A stretch of 64,000 nt of DNA from Phoronis australis (GCA_002633005.1 NMRA01000353.1:319625-383624); one strand, 5' to 3'. Positions 24,170 to 39,591 are shown, counted from the stretch's first letter. Translations and numbers: made by a program. The notes: generated from the letters alone by a model not told the origin.

Positions 24170-27100
24170 AATATTTGATTCTACCCAGACGCCCACCACG
24201 CTTTAAATAAGATGTACTCGTCAATCACGGAGGGGCCTCTGGTAATAAGCTGCATAATTTATTCGATAAACATGAGTTATTACAAACATTGATATTGACT
24301 GCTTACAAATATTTCTTAACAATCATAAGACCGATTTCTCTTTGCTCAGCGTGAATATTCAGTCTCTGCATTCTAAATTTAATCAACTTCAGGCTATTTT
24401 ACGAAATTTAAAAAACAAACATTTGCTGTTTGACTGCATCTGCTTACAGGAAACTTGGCTGGATTCTGATGACAATTTCAGTTTTTACAATTCAGGAGGT
24501 TACAATATAATAAAAAGTCTTAGAAACTGAATGTTCCAAACGTGAGAGCTTGGTTATTTACGTTGTAGATACGATTAAAAAACCAATTTTGAAATAATTA
24601 ATAATAAAAAGACACATGAAGGTTTAGTAATCAAAGTGAAATCGAGCAGTGGTAAACATCTTATCATATTTAACATATATAGATCCCCTTCGAATGTAGA
24701 GAGACACTTTTATGACTTCATGTTTGACTTTATTCCAACAATTTCAAAGTTCATTGCTTAAGAGGGTGACTTTTTGATAGCTGGTGACTTCAATGTCAAT
24801 TTACTACAAACTTTCAATAATACAAAATTTGCTATTTTTGACCAAATGTTAAACCTGTCTGTTCTTCCTAAGATAACCTTTCCTACTCGTCTGACCAACA
24901 ACATGTGTACTCTTAATGATTAAATTTATAAAAATTCTCTCCAACCACGAACATGTCCGAGTTTGGTATACTTTTAAGTAATTTATCAGACCGTTTCCCC
25001 ATATTTTGTCTCTCAATATTAATAACAAAAGTAAACCTCATCAACCTAAATTTATTCAGATAAAATCACAGTCAAAAAAATCTATGTCAATTTTAAAACT
25101 GATTTGGCTTCAGTCTTTGTCTCAAAACCCTAACACCAATTATAGTCACTTAAGAACAATTATTTTGGATTTGGTAAATAATTCTAACATTTTCACTCCA
25201 AAACCAAACGTTTCAACAAGAATAAACATAAACTCAACGACTGGATTACATTGGGCATATTAAAATCAATAAAAGTGCGAGATAAAATCTATAAAAAGTG
25301 AAAACCACACCTCCTGATTCTATTTTTTCTCGCATTTACTCATTAAAACTGCGAAATTATAACAGTATACTTAAATCTGTAATAAAAGAAGTCAAACGTA
25401 TGCACTATGAAAGCAGTTGAAGCAACACGAAAATGATATAGTACAAACTTGGCAAGTCGTCAAAAACGTAATTTCTAATTCATCCTTTACAACTGTTCTC
25501 CCTCAGTTTATCACCTGTACCGCAGCTGGACACGTTACTGATCAACAGAAAATAGCTGATCAGTTCAACAACTATTTTATTAATCTTGGTAATAATTTGG
25601 CTTCTCAAATACCGAGCGTTTCTAAAATTATCTTCACGGTTCCCTGACTCTATCTTTAAGTTTAAAACTGTTGATAACGACGAAGTACTAAAAGTAATGG
25701 AAAATCTCAAATCAAAATCCGCTACAGACAGTGATGGCCTATCATGCTCATTTATCAAAAAATACTCGAACATATTATGCAAACCAATTTCTATGATTAT
25801 AAACCAATCCTTACGTACAAGTATTTTCCCCAATGGTTTGAAGGTAGCTAAGGTAATCCCCATTTATAAAGGTAATGACACAAACAGTAACTCTCTTGTT
25901 AACTACAGACCAATATCTATGCTACCTACGATTTCCAAAGTTTTTGAATAAAATGTTCATGATCAAGTCTATTCTTCTTTTTCATAACAATCTTCTATAT
26001 AAGCTTTAGTATGATTTCGGCCCCAACCACTCCATTGAACATGCGGCAACTGAATTCGTCCACTCTCTTTACAAAAACTTAGACAAAAGTTTGAGCCCAA
26101 CTTCCGTATTTATATATATTTCTAAAGCCTCTGATACGATTGAGCACCATATCCTCCTAAAACATTAAAACATTACGCGTTTTCTAATAACGAATTTTAT
26201 TGGTTTCAAAGGTAGTCAGTTCGTCTGTCTTGATACTGTAACTTCGTCCCAAATTGACATTTCTGCACGTGTACCACAGGCATCTATTCTAGGATCTCTC
26301 CCATTCTTTAATCTATGCAAATGACATCACTTTCTCCAGCAAGGCACAGTTCATTATATACGCAGACGACACATGCCTTTTAATTCCTTTCCATCTTGGC
26401 AAAAACCATGGCCTCGACGATCAAACCATCAGAATAAATAATATCCTACAAGAAGTTTAGATTGGTTAAATACCAATAAATTAGCGCTCAACACAAGTAA
26501 AACAAAATTTATGCTGTTTCGATTTCCACAAAAAATCAGCGAAGCTGACATCCCTCTAATCAAAATCAACAATGAAATTATTAACAGAGTTGAAAATTTC
26601 AAATTTTTATGTATTTTTGTAGACAGTCATCTTTCGTGGAACAAGCATGTTCAGGAAATTTCTAACAAAATTGCCAAAACTATGGACATCTCCATACTGA
26701 AACACTATTTTCCCAAACACACACTCCTGATGATATACAATGCTCTTATACTATCACATTTATATTTTGGTATAACACTATGGGGGTTGAAATTGAAACT
26801 TCTGTAGAAAAAAAGCAGGGAAATAAAACACTTCTTCTTAACGACATATTTAACCAAGCTTCCCTAAAATTCTTTTACAAATTCAAACATAATCAATTGC
26901 CTATTTACTTTTATGATAACAATTTTTTCCAATTTTCCATCAGTCACCAAGAGATCATCCTAGAAAATGCAGTCAACAACCCATCCTAAAACTGCCCACC
27001 TACAACAGAAAAAGTTGTGAAATTTCATTAATGTTCAAAATACCGAATCAAATAAACAACTGTATCCTTCCGAGATATGTTACAGACAAAATCGACACGC

Positions 27101-27522
27101 ATAGTTTACATGAGTTCTCTATGAATTTAAAAAACAAAATGTTAAGCACTTACAGTTCTCATTGTAACGTTCTACATTGTTATGCATGTTTTAATTGAAG
27201 TAACCGTCGTGATCACCTGTCTTACATCTCAGTGATATGCTTTTCTAAACGAGCGGTCTCCCTTGTATCAATAGTCTCCGTGCTTAATTCATTGCAAACT
27301 ACATTTAACTTACGTTTTTAAATAAACGCATTGTATCTTATTTCATTGTAGATGTACTTTTTCTGTTCTTATTTATTTATATTGTTCTTCTAAATTGTTA
27401 ATATCTATTTAATTTATTGTTACTCAGTGGTCAGCTATTAGCGGCTTGTGCCTTTGCTGACCACCCAGTCATATAACAATGTACGTTTTTATGTGATTTA
27501 AAGAATAAAAGTTTCTCTCTCT
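24170..27522 (+). mobile_element. Degenerate CR1/L2-group LINE (APE endonuclease plus RT)
   Basis: LSVNIQSL...CLQETWL, GDFNVN, NYRPISMLPTISKVFE, VPQASILG, YADDT, LSWNKHV; many stops and frameshifts; ends AATAAAA plus (CT)n. Confidence 0.9.
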
Positions 27523-28493
27523 CAGAGATCACAACAGTAGTTTTCATTACCGGGCTTTTACTCATTGTTTGTAATTTAGAATTCTCTGAACTGAGAAACT
27601 TCCCCTTTCGTAAAAACCTTGATCCACCTTTGGATACAATGTTCGCTAATTTCCGTGTGACGTTATGGTATACATTACTGCTTACACTGATATTTTTACA
27701 TATGTGTATGGTAACGTGCTATGGTATTGAAACTGACGAATATTGTATCGAATCAGCGTGAATGAAATGGCTCACATTTTTGTCTCACGACATATTTCTA
27801 ACACGAAATAATGGAGCTATATTGTGTAGTGAATTTTTCTAGATACAGAAATGGGGAAATTAGTCGTGGTAAAATGAAACTACATGTCTTACCATGGAGT
27901 AGCGGTTTCACGCAATCTTCCCACGGACAATTCCGACGTGCAACGAAGATGATGCAACCGACAACGACGACTTTAACAACCCGCAGCCGCCGTGGGCGAT
28001 TAAGCCGTCGTTTATTAAGTACGACCTCAGAGAAAAGGGGCTGACGACGACGATGACACACGGGAAGGACCTAATCTATGACTATGGTTAAAAAGGAGTT
28101 AGTTAAACGAAAGTGTTAAAAATGACATTTTCCACTAGGCGACATGTTATCAACAGCAGTAGGGTTACTGTTCACTGTCTGGAAATTCTTCACAATAAAG
28201 CGGCTAAAAACCCGGGTTCCCATAAAAATAACTTTTGATTTGAATTACTTATCGCTAGAAAATCAGGCACGTAGCTGGCCAATTTTTGTCCAGAACGCAC
28301 GAACCGTGTCATAAACTTTGATGGAGGCAACCATGCGAGAAAAGAAGCTACTGTCATCTCTGGCAATTGTTCGCCATCTCTTTGGCTACGACTCCAGGGG
28401 TACACTTGGCACCAGTTCCGTTTATCTGTGTAGTGCCCATCTAGACTCAGTTTAATTAGAAATGAACAGTGGCCAGCTCTCTTCCCAGGGTAA

Positions 28494-28630
28494 AGTTCAG
28501 TAACACTTGTCGCCTCGCTGAAAAGCAAGACTTAGCGAGATTGCGTGAGATATTGTCGTGTATTTCAAATGAGAACACGTGATTGATTTTGGCTAGATTT
28601 TAACGAGGTCCTATCGTTACTGAACTCTGC
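28494..28630. mobile_element. ~135-bp MITE, copy 2
   Basis: AGTTCAGTAAC...GTTACTGAACT. Confidence 0.75.
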
Positions 28631-28947
28631 ACAGGTCTCAGTTTACTACCAAAACCACGGATATTCCACGAAATACCTACATGTATGCGGGACTGTGAAC
28701 TTTCTGATTCGCTGTAAGCAGTACCGATCTGCTCCACTAAAAGTTCTCTCGTTGGGCCGAGGCCGGGTTTCTATGGGCTCACCTCGGAGACTCGGTCGTG
28801 CACGAGTTCGTCGTAGAAAAACCCTTACAGAAGAGTTTGTTGTAAGAGATCTTTGCGTTAACAATTAACATCTTATACTTTGAGTACTTCAACAGTATCA
28901 TTCGTTGGTTCTTGGCTCATCTGAGTTACGGACCACTTGAGACTACA

Positions 28948-29330
28948 GGGCCTTTCGCATTCGCATTACAGACTATAGTGGACTACGTTCTCGACCACAA
29001 GAATTGACCCAATGTGAAAGGTCGGACTTAGACCGTTCTAAATTTAGTACGACGCTAAAGTTGGTACGCTGGAAACGGCCGGACCAGCGGGTGGACCAAA
29101 GTTGGTCCCATTACGCAAACGTAATGCGAAAGGTTTGGCTCGACCGTCCTTAATGAGATCTCCACTTCACGTGAGTGTGGAGTTCTTCCCGCCACTTAGC
29201 GCACTCTCTCACTGTTCACTATAAAATTTTAAACTTAAACATGTCTCAAAATAAGAATGGAAGTGGCAACTGGTTGTCGGATGAAACGGAGATCCTTATA
29301 CGCATTTGGAGGGATATATCTGTCATGTTT
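28948..29330 (+). mobile_element. PIF/Harbinger-like remnant with start of Myb/SANT-like ORF
   Basis: GGGCCTTTCGCATT start; MSQNKNGSGNWLSDETEILIRIWRD at 29241 fits the W.xxET..LI..W pattern. Confidence 0.5.
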
Positions 29331-30999
29331 AGTACGACTAAGCTTCTAAGTTAGGTAGATGGAGTATTTGTCCGGTCAAGTGAGAAAAGTGACAATTTGG
29401 CAATTGACAATTAGGTTATCATACTAATCTAAGATATATGTTCTGACCGCAAACTTGTCTGGACTAACGTATTTCTCCCACTGTATCAAAAGTTCGATTT
29501 TGTGTTTTGAAGTAGGCGGTTTTTCCCCAACAGCCGTCGTGTAGCCTACAGCGTTAATCATGCTTATCTCCTTAGCAGACTTTGCCAGAAACTTGGCTTA
29601 GTTGGACGACAGACAACGTTAATAGAACACAATTTCCTTCAAACGATAACAAGTCCTATGCTGTAATAGACCAGACCCGGGTTTAGCGGTGGGTGTATCA
29701 CAGCCGCAATAGCAAATAATTTTTACATCTTTTCTACTTTTTGCTTCGACGTTTTCTTCGTTTATTTCAACCCCCCATGGGTGGGTCTGCAGATGTCTGA
29801 GTATGTTTAGATCTCCAGAAATCTCCAAATTGACAGCATTCGATAGTTTATTTCCATACCTGTTTTGTAAACTGTTACCTTTCGTAGAAGTTTCTCATCC
29901 ATAACTTGTTTTGAATTTGAATTTACCCAGTGATATAACTCTAAAGTTTAAGCTATATTTTGCGCGGCCGTTTTGCTAGCTTAAAATCGAAAATTAACTG
30001 TGACCTTTTACTGTCATAAAATCGGGCCCATAATAGTCCTTACCGTAACATGATTTCATATCCGTTATGGACAAGAACATCAAAAGCATAAGCGACTCAA
30101 AAACGCTTCAGACTTTATTCTGATCGGCCAACCCTCAAATTGCGAATTCAAAAATGGCGCATGTACGGGTAACCTGTAACTTGAGTTGGTAACGGGAATG
30201 GAATATTACGACCAGTATCACAGTTGGTGGGTGTGGTTGGGAGAGGCAGAAAAATTATAACAAACACAGACGTTAATTTAGAATTGACAGATCAATGGTC
30301 TGTTTAAGCTGCAGGTGTTGTCAAAGTGTTCATTGCATATATTTCAACTTTAAACGACATGTGTCTTGGTTATACCACGTGATCAGATCATTCGCACTGA
30401 GAAACTATACCCTGTTATTTCGTTGAGCTTAGTGAACAAAATGTTATTTATCAGCTTCCGTTGAGGACAATTCAAACCAACCCGGGCGTGTTGCCCACGT
30501 TTCACAAATACAAATGTCGTGGCTTCATATACTGGGCAATCTACCCAAGTGAACTGTTTATGAGAGTGCGCTTTATTATAAGGCAACCTTATCGTTTATA
30601 TGCGTTATCTGTTTGCTCAGTGCGGGTGTCTCGACAACAAGTCCTAAACGCACAAAACGTTCTACTTGTTTTTTTCTTGGAACCGTATGTGTAGTGTCCC
30701 TATGTTTTTTATTATTAAGTCCCTTTATCAAAACTACTGGGTGAAGACGCCTTACCATGAGGATCAGTTTTCATATGTTTTCTATCCTGTTACATCATAT
30801 TTCACATCGATATTGTACTCTGTGAAATTTATGATGTGCTTGTGGAGGTGTTTGTATTGTTTTCGTTCTGTTTGTGTGTCTGTGGTGTAAATGGGTCAGG
30901 ATTGTACCGCTATGTTTTTCAATATATGACTGTAATTTGCGACAGGTGCATAACTGTTATAATAATGACAGATGAACGTTAAAGAACCTCATTGAAACA

Positions 31000-32889
31000 C
31001 TTTTGAGTATAAACTAAATAACATTAGGTAAGACGACAATGGTAATAAACTAATGTTGGATACTATCACTAATAAGACAAGAATAACGTTAATTAACACT
31101 TATTTTCCAAAGGGACTCGCCGTCTTTTTTGAAAAAACAACATATTCAAGATATAGGAAATTACTCTGTTATTTGGGCTAGCAATTTTAATCGTGTTCTC
31201 TATCAGTCTAAGGGCATGCTTAATTATCGACTAGTTACCCGATATTGACGACTCTATAATAGAATTCGGTTACCGGTCCGATCATTCAATGGCAACGTCT
31301 ATTTTTTTAAGAGCTGTTTTCAGGGGAAATCATTTTGGAAGTTTAATAACTCTCAATTGAAAAAGTCTGAGTATATTGTTGCGGTCAAGGATACCATTAA
31401 ATGAGTTAAACATCAGTATCCGAAATTCAGACAGTCGATAGCACAAGTAAGTCAAGGCTGGGTTGCATAAAACTTCAAAATTATCCGCTGGATAAGTTTG
31501 ATTTTTGTGTGACGTCAGGTGCATTGCTCAACAATAACAACATGGCGCGTGATAACGCGACGTCATTGTTGCTAAGCAGAGTATAACTTTTATGCAACTG
31601 GGCCCAGATTTACAATTGTCTATAAATAATCACTTTTTTCTTGAAACGTTGTTGGTGGAGATTCGCGGCAAAACAATTTCGTTTGCTACTTAATTAAAAA
31701 GAGAGTGATAGAGCTGAACAGCAACTTATTGAAGAAATAACTTGTTGGAAAAAGTCTAAGCCTTGATAGGGACTTACTTGAACAAAATAATCAACTTGCC
31801 GAACTAAGGCAGAATAAGTTAAGAGGTCTTATGACAAAGTCGAGAGCAAGATGGACTAAAGAGGGTGAAAAACCTTCCAAATACTTTCTTAATTTGGAAA
31901 ATAGGTATTACACAAGTAACTGATGTTGTGAATTTTTGTGGAAATCTGACTATACTAAAACCAATAGTGAAGAAGAGATTATTCAGGAAAAAAACCTTTT
32001 TTTATAAAACTCTATACAAATATAGAAATTCTAACAATAGTGCTTTAGAAAATATTTAGATAAGGTGTGTGTCTTCAAACTCAATGAGACAGAAAATGAA
32101 AGTCTTCTTACAGATGAAGAAGTCAAACTATACTTGAAAAAATGAAAAACAACAAGAGCCCAGGCTCCGATGGTTTTTCAGTAGAATTTCTGAATGTTTT
32201 TCGGCTGACATTGGACATTTCGTTGTTCGCTCACTTAATACTGGTCTTGCTGTTGATCAGTTATCATCAATACAGAAAGAGTGAGTGATTACCTTCATCA
32301 CTAAGTGACCAGATAAAAGTAAACATTATTTCAACAACTGGAGACCCATATCCAATGTGACATATGAATTGGCTTTTTCGGCTGTGGATGAACAGTTAAA
32401 ATCCGTTTTGGGAAAATTAATCAGTAAAGACCAGACAGGTTTTGTTTCCGGACGAAATATGAACGAAAATATCCGCGTGCTATATGATTTAATGTTTTAT
32501 GCCAAGTCAGCTAAAAAACCAGGATTGCTCTTCTTGATCGATTTTGAGAAAGCGTTTGATTCGTGGAATTTTATTAAAAATAATTATCTTTCCTTAATTT
32601 TGGTTGGTCGATCAGAAGGTGGGTAAAAGTCTTTTATAATAATATTAAGTCGTGTGTCGTCGTAAATGGTCACCCATCTTCCTGGTTCAATATTTCGCGT
32701 GGCTGCATGCAAGGTGACCCTCTGTCTTCTTACATTTTTATAATGTGCTCAGAGAGTTTAGCGTACTTAATGAAGAATGATAAATATATTACAGGTGTAG
32801 ATGCAGGAAATAAGGAATATTTAATTTCGCAATATGCGGACAACACATCTGGGTCGAATTTGTCATTGACTAGCACATTGAATGTACTA
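31000..32889 (+). mobile_element. Tx1/L1-like LINE ORF2, 5' piece (EN end, RT up to YAD)
   Basis: EGEKPSKYFLNLE, KSPGSDGF, NWRPIS, DQTGFVSGR, IDFEKAFDS, QGDPLSSY, SQYADNT; degenerate. Confidence 0.88.
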
Positions 32890-35340
32890 TAGGCCATAGT
32901 CCATTCTACTCTAGCAAGCCTAGAAAATCACTTCTGTGGCTACTTTTTTTTGGAGGGGGGAAGACAATTTTGGTGTTTTTAAGGTCATTGAGTACTGTAC
33001 TTTAGAATCTAAAAAGTTCCCATGGTTTGACTTGCACGTTTTCGAGAAATTTGATCTAAAAATCTGACTTTTTGCAAAAATTGGCACAGAAAAGCAATCT
33101 TCAAAACCAAAAACACTATCCAAAAATGATTACTAATTTGATTAGGATTTGTTCGTTTGAAGTTACTAGACAAAATGTGATAAACATTAGGACATTAGAT
33201 GGAAAATTGCTAAAAAGATGAGAAAAAGAAAACTTTTAGCAGCGCCTCCTGTGGGCCAGAAAACATACTTCTATAGTCTGAACTCCTACCAAAAGAACAA
33301 CATTTGGAATTTGATAAAGATTTGATATCAAACCTAAATATGAACAACATACATTTCCAAGCTCCTGCAATGAATTCACTATCATCACTTTCATTAATTG
33401 TCATAATTAATTTTCATTATCCACCTTGCAATTCACTGTCAACTGTCACAAGGGAACGATACACCGATAAACCGTGCAGTTCTGATTGCTACGAGCACGT
33501 TACAATGTTGTCAATATTTTCCATTAGGTTACAAATTTAAACTTATTTAACAACATATCACAAACTTATTATGTTTCTTCATCCACTCCATCATCATTTA
33601 CATCATCATTATTGTCATCAAAAGTTGTTTCTTGAGACACTGTGTTTACACAAGACAGTCACACAACTAGAACATGACATGCCTGACTCCATACAAGAGC
33701 ACATTTTTGTACTACAACCACTCTTTTTACACTTGCAATTAACATTTTTAATGACCTTTTCTGGGGCTAAAGGCAGAGCCATCTAGTGGAACTTCAGATT
33801 ACCCTGCTCCAAAGGTCACTCATTACCAATTGGAGATGGTGCACTGACATGCCGTTGCAAGGCTCGTTTGTGAATGGCACACTGGTAGTTTGCTGTGTTG
33901 GCATGTAACAGCGAACAGTCATGATCAGGAGGCAGAGATGATTCCGTCACTGATTACCACCTGAATATGTGGTAGCGTGCTTTGTCAACTGTTGATGATG
34001 AGTCGCCGTACAGCTTGTTTACAAAAGATTCAACGCCTTCCATGAGTTGACCAGGAAACACAAATGCTAAGCCCAACTTATAATGAAAAAGGTAAAAAAT
34101 ATGTCTGCAAGCCTGCACCCTATCCAGAATCAAAAAATCAAAAAAATTTGTCAACCTGAATACCGTGTCATCTAAACACTTCAGCCATGTTACAGTAATC
34201 CTTTTTACTGAAACAGATAACCAAAATGATCTTCACTTTAGCACACAGTATGTCCAACAAATGAAATTTTGTCAATGTGCTCAGAAAAAGTAAGCATTAA
34301 GAGAAACGAGCATCATTACTAGCATTGATTGCACTGTACCTTCGAATAATTTAAAACACAGAAGAATTTTAGCATCCTTAATACTGTGGTTTAGAATTTG
34401 AAAATAGAGGAATGGTCATTTTGGCAATAGTTCTTGTGTGAAACAGGAATGCGTCTTATTTACCGTAAAGCTAAAATTTCTTATGACACTTCCTGTTTTT
34501 GATAGCACATAATTGGAAAAGTAAAAATTTTCCTGTTCTAAAAATTCTCAATTCAAGAATCTTCAAAATGTGAGATTCTGAAATCTGAGCAACATTTGAA
34601 TTTTCAGGATCATAATGAATTACAGAACGGGCAATATTTCCATTTTTGTATTTCTCAACTTCCAAACACTGGTCATGTTTTTAAATAAAAAGGTCTGAAA
34701 ATAGGCTTGGAAGTTCGTAAAAAAGCAGTGCTGATCACTCACATGTAGGTAAAAACTACTGCCAGTACCTTTGAGATTGGGACGGCTAATACTGTAAATT
34801 TATCAAGCAAAGTAATTCTTTTTCTCCGGCCTAAACTAAGGATGTTTACCATAAATGACAGTCTTTCAAATTAACAATAGGCAGGCCTATTTACAAGTGA
34901 ATGTTTGGAGCTGGGATAGGTTTCAAGTTTTCTTTTGTTTGTGAAGTTCTCTGTGATGCACTTTGATTTTTGGCAAATGATACATTGTGGTGGCAACACA
35001 TAAACTTCTTTGAGCACTGTTAAATGGAACTGACAGAGACAATTTCCTCCATTTTGTACTAGATTCAACATTGCTTCCTTCATCAGGTTGGTCTTTTTAA
35101 GAGCTCTTTCAATTTTTGTGACATCCGACGAGTGTCTGTAACACTGCTTGTGTTAGAAGAGCTCTGTTTTTTTCACAAAAACTTAAAACTTCTCAGCAAT
35201 GATATTTTACTTGCACTCAGTGTTGATTCATTTTTGCTGTACCCTTAGATCACGTAAAATCTGAAAATTCCAGGAGCTCAAAGTTTTGAGCAGAATCTGA
35301 GAGAAGAATCCAATAAGGGGAAGACCATACACATAACATA
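32890..35340 (-). mobile_element. Second Academ-type element, one arm (CXC-like Cys cluster and nuclease C-terminus)
   Basis: Terminus TAGGCCATAGTCC preceded by CTA; minus strand LPPDHD...ANYQCAI...CKCKKSGCSTKMCSCMESGMSCSSC; the other terminus is at 40353. Confidence 0.72.
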
Positions 35341-36756
35341 GACCGGGCGCGCCTCTCAGATACACGCAGCTCGCGTTGTCAATATGACGCCATATTGGAG
35401 AGTGCTACACAGGACAAAAATGGGGAAAACACTGGGAGCCTTACGGCATCAGTTAGAAAATGCGGGGACTCGTAGTGTTATGTCTGCAGCCAAAGAGTTA
35501 CGTTTTTTGGTCCTGTCATTCAGTCATAGGTTTTTTGGTTCTGCCATAGAGTTTAGTGGTGCTGCACCTAGGTTTTTATGTTCTGCCACCAGTTTAAACG
35601 GAGCGACTATATGCGTTTGTTTCCACGTCAGTCTTGGTGATTGAGACCACATATGATCAATTAAAAAGATAATTATTGACCACCATATGCTGTTGTTTGC
35701 TAATTATATTTAAGTTAATATTTGGTATTAATGACAACCATATGTATTTTTACTTGTACTCAAAAATAGCATCCCCGAACTTACTCGCCAGCCATCGAAA
35801 TCAGTACATCTAAGTGAATAGTGTATTCTCTATAGAAATATATACTGCTTTACAAACTCATTTCTTAATATGTATTCCAAAATCAGATATTTTCTGTTGT
35901 ATCAAAACAAACAAATCTCTGCAAAATCTGTACTTTTGTCGAAGCTGATATTGGAAATTTTGTAGATTTGCACTGCTTGCTTGCGAACTCTCTGTTTTGT
36001 GACGAAAATTGCGCAAAAAGTAAAGTGCATAGTAACCAAAATATCAAACCTGTACCACTGAATTGTGCATCCAACCTTTACCTAAAACACAGAATTTCCC
36101 ACTCGAAACCGAATGGAAATATACCAACCCAGCCGATGTAGCATTAGTTATGACCTCGTGAAAAATGACCCCGATTAGTTTTTTCACAGGGTCTAAATTT
36201 AATGTGAAGAATTTTCAGCCCTTGAAAAAATGACCCCACGTCCGTGAAAACCTGTGCCGTCATTATTCAACGGTTCCCTCGCAACAGGGGGTTGGGATAA
36301 GCAGACAGCGTGCGTGAGAGAAGAATTTATTTTAAATTTCTCGGCTGAAGGTCGCGCAGTACGTATATCAGATTAACGGCGGGGATGGATAGGAACCGAC
36401 TAAATGTGTAGGAGCGGGGCTGATCTCTTTGTTAGCACACAATTACACGGTGTGGAGATACTACAAAACGCCGACGAGTGCCTCGTTCTTGATCGAGGGG
36501 ACTTCAGATCCGTGAGAGAGGAATATCGTGAGTGAAAGAAGAATATTTGTACGTTGGTATTTCCGAGCGAAGCACAGGAAAGGAACTGAGCATAGACATC
36601 ACAATTAAAGATGTCTGTGGAACTGAGTGTGTGTTCTTTGCTTTTTACATTACGGCGTTCTCCCGTTGAGTCTAACTTGTTACTAAGAAGTTGTATATCA
36701 CAACAAGTTGGGCGGATGACCGCTGTAGCCAATATCTTACACTGACGACTGATTAA

Positions 36757-39591
36757 GGTTATCTCCAGCCTTATTCACAAAAATGGCCATTTTTACAATA
36801 TTTCACATGTGTCTAGTAAAATACCTTATCTTCATTCTCGGGGAACTTCAAATACAAAATATATAATGCGTAGCGAGAAAAAAAGGATTTAACAGAACCA
36901 CCTTGGAACCGCACAACCGCGTGGATATTTGTTTACTACTAATCTGAGGTCAAAGGTTAAAGGGCTTTCAATCAACTCAAATCTCCCGCCAGGTCAAAGA
37001 TACTATAAAATCTTTGGCCAGGTACAGAACACTGCTTCGTATACCCTCGGTCCTTTCATTCACAAAATCCCCATAACATTGAGTAAACGAGGTGTACTTA
37101 TGGCAAAATGGTGCCGGGGAAAACAGAGACAAAACGTAGTTTTGATCGTAAGGGAGTTGTGCGTCTACATGCATACGACCGTTGGCGTTGAGAACGAATG
37201 CTAGCCTACTGTCGTCTCAGCCAGGCCTCTGTGGTCATGCAACACAGCAAATTGTGAAGAGAGATAAATCCTCACCCTAATTTTTTCATTAAATTAATAA
37301 ATTGACATTTCAATGTTTTGGTCTCATGCTAACTACATGCTTTAACCACCAATTCGATTTCTGTTGTCCATTTCTTACTTGGTTTCGTAGCAGTCTCCCA
37401 GCACGCGACGTGTACAGCCCATAGACTCTATTCACGCGGCGGACATTAAAATCCAAAACGAGGCTCACTGCGATAAACAAAGCTAAAGTAGACATTGCGT
37501 GAGTTAAATAGCCGGTCTTTCGAGTCCAACCTGGATATTGAATTTTAATGATGTGTCGACAATTAAACACAAAGACGTAGAAAATTACATTACAGAACAA
37601 GTTAAGGCGCCAAAGAGTTGTCTGACGAAAGGGTTTAATTTTTTTCGGAAAACTAGGTTCGAAACATGAAAAGTAAATATGACCAAATTGCGGCGATCGT
37701 AGTGTTACGGATTAGGTATTATGCTGAATGTAGGGTTACGTTTTTTCTTGTAAATTGTTGATCAAAATACTTTCTACGCGGACCAGGTCATCTGCTCGTA
37801 TTGTTGACGAGTTGNNNNNNNNNNNNNNNNNNNNNNNNNNNNNNNNNNNNNNNNNNNNNNNNNNNNNNNNNNNNNNNNNNNNNNNNNNNNNNNNNNNNNN
37901 NNNNNNNNNNNNNNNNNNNNNNNNNNNNNNNNNNNNNNNNNNNNNNNNNNNNNNNNNNNNNNNNNNNNNNNNNNNNNNNNNNNNNNNNNNNNNNNNNNNN
38001 NNNNNNNNNNNNNNNNNNNNNNNNNNNNNNNNNNNNNNNNNNNNNNNNNNNNNNNNNNNNNNNNNNNNNNNNNNNNNNNNNNNNNNNNNNNNNNNNNNNN
38101 NNNNNNNNNNNNNNNNNNNNNNNNNNNNNNNNNNNNNNNNNNNNNNNNNNNNNNNNNNNNNNNNNNNNNNNNNNNNNNNNNNNNNNNNNNNNNNNNNNNN
38201 NNNNNNNNNNNNNNNNNNNNNNNNNNNNNNNNNNNNNNNNNNNNNNNNNNNNNNNNNNNNNNNNNNNNNNNNNNNNNNNNNNNNNNNNNNNNNNNNNNNN
38301 NNNNNNNNNNNNNNNNNNNNNNNNNNNNNNNNNNNNNNNNNNNNNNNNNNNNNNNNNNNNNNNNNNNNNNNNNNNNNNNNNNNNNNNNNNNNNNNNNNNN
38401 NNNNNNNNNNNNNNNNNNNNNNNNGGGGGGGGGGCATCCTAAATCCGTAGTCATGAAAATACAGCCAGGCTGGCCCATTCTCCGGTCGTTACTATGATGC
38501 TTGACAACTGACCGAGATGCGACAAAATATGATCTAACTTTTCGAAAACATTTATTTTACACGGACATATTTTGCTTCGTCGCGGCATATGGCAACGACC
38601 CAACGCTTCCGAATCTCAACGTCTTTAGAGATTGTAAAGCAGACAGACGCGTGTCCGTATTTTTTCTAGCCGTTCACGGAACAACACGGACTGAAACACA
38701 GACTCCAATGCCGATAAGCTAACAGAGCTATCGTAGCGAGCCTCGTTTTGGAACGCGCCTCCTGTCGGCGTGAATAGGGTCTATGAGTATAACAATGAAC
38801 TGTGAACTACTTACATATAAAAGTAGGTCAAATGGTCGCAAATAAGAGTAGTCAGCCGGGGAACGGTAGGTTTTAATGATAATTAAGTTAATTACGCGCA
38901 TTGCAAAATCAGTTGACAATGCGAGTGAATGTTGAAATAGCGAACATATTTAAGGCTTGTATAGGTTATGTGTACCGAAAACAAGCTTTCACCGAATAAT
39001 TAACCGAAGACTTTGAGATTTTCACTTGTCCCAGTTTAATCGGCTTTTTTCTCGGTTTCGGCAAATCGACTTCATTTGAAATTAGGAACACGAGTTCTCG
39101 AAAACGGCTCGGTGGATTTCGCTGAAACTTTCCAAATTTGATATTTAGTCATCTGTCTCAAAAACGCTTTTAGTATTTTCGATATAAAGGTCTATTTTTT
39201 GCGTAATGTAACAAAGACGATTACGACTTCCGTTTTTTACAAAGATATCTTACGTTTTGCGAGTTGATTTGTCATAGAAACCGAACGAAAATACTAATCG
39301 AAAATTCCGAACATCGTTTTTGAGGTAACTGGTGAAGTTTTCATTTAAAAAAACTTTCATTAAAGTCGACCGAGGGGTTATTTTGCTATGATTGTTCCTT
39401 TCTTAAAAATGAAATTTTGACTTAAAAAGGTTTTCACGTAAAAATAATAACGGTACATTACTAGGAAAAGGATTTTCGTATTTCCTAATGTTTTTTCTTT
39501 CTGAAAATATATATTTCTACTAGTTGACAAAACTTAGTTTTTTTGATAAACGAGTTAGAATAGAGGCCACTAAATAAGGTTGGAGATAACC
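36757..39591. mobile_element. Kolobok-like non-autonomous element spanning the first gap
   Basis: TTAA|GGTTATCTCCAGCCTTATT...AATAAGGTTGGAGATAACC|TTAA; internal inverted similarity 37420-37480 vs 38728-38790. Confidence 0.78.
37815..38423. other. Assembly gap
   Basis: Run of N. Confidence 1.

Noticed and set aside
30300-30900. Possible piggyBac-like Cys-rich C-terminus (ICNEHF) on the minus strand
   Set aside because: Too degraded; no termini or DDD motifs could be supported
37375-37495. Minus-strand signal-peptide-like exon MSTLALFIAVSLVL... with a donor site
   Set aside because: It lies inside the Kolobok-like element and matches its internal inverted repeat at 38728-38790
37736-38478. 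Long ORFs over the first gap (also 53709-54771)
   Set aside because: Artefacts of N runs
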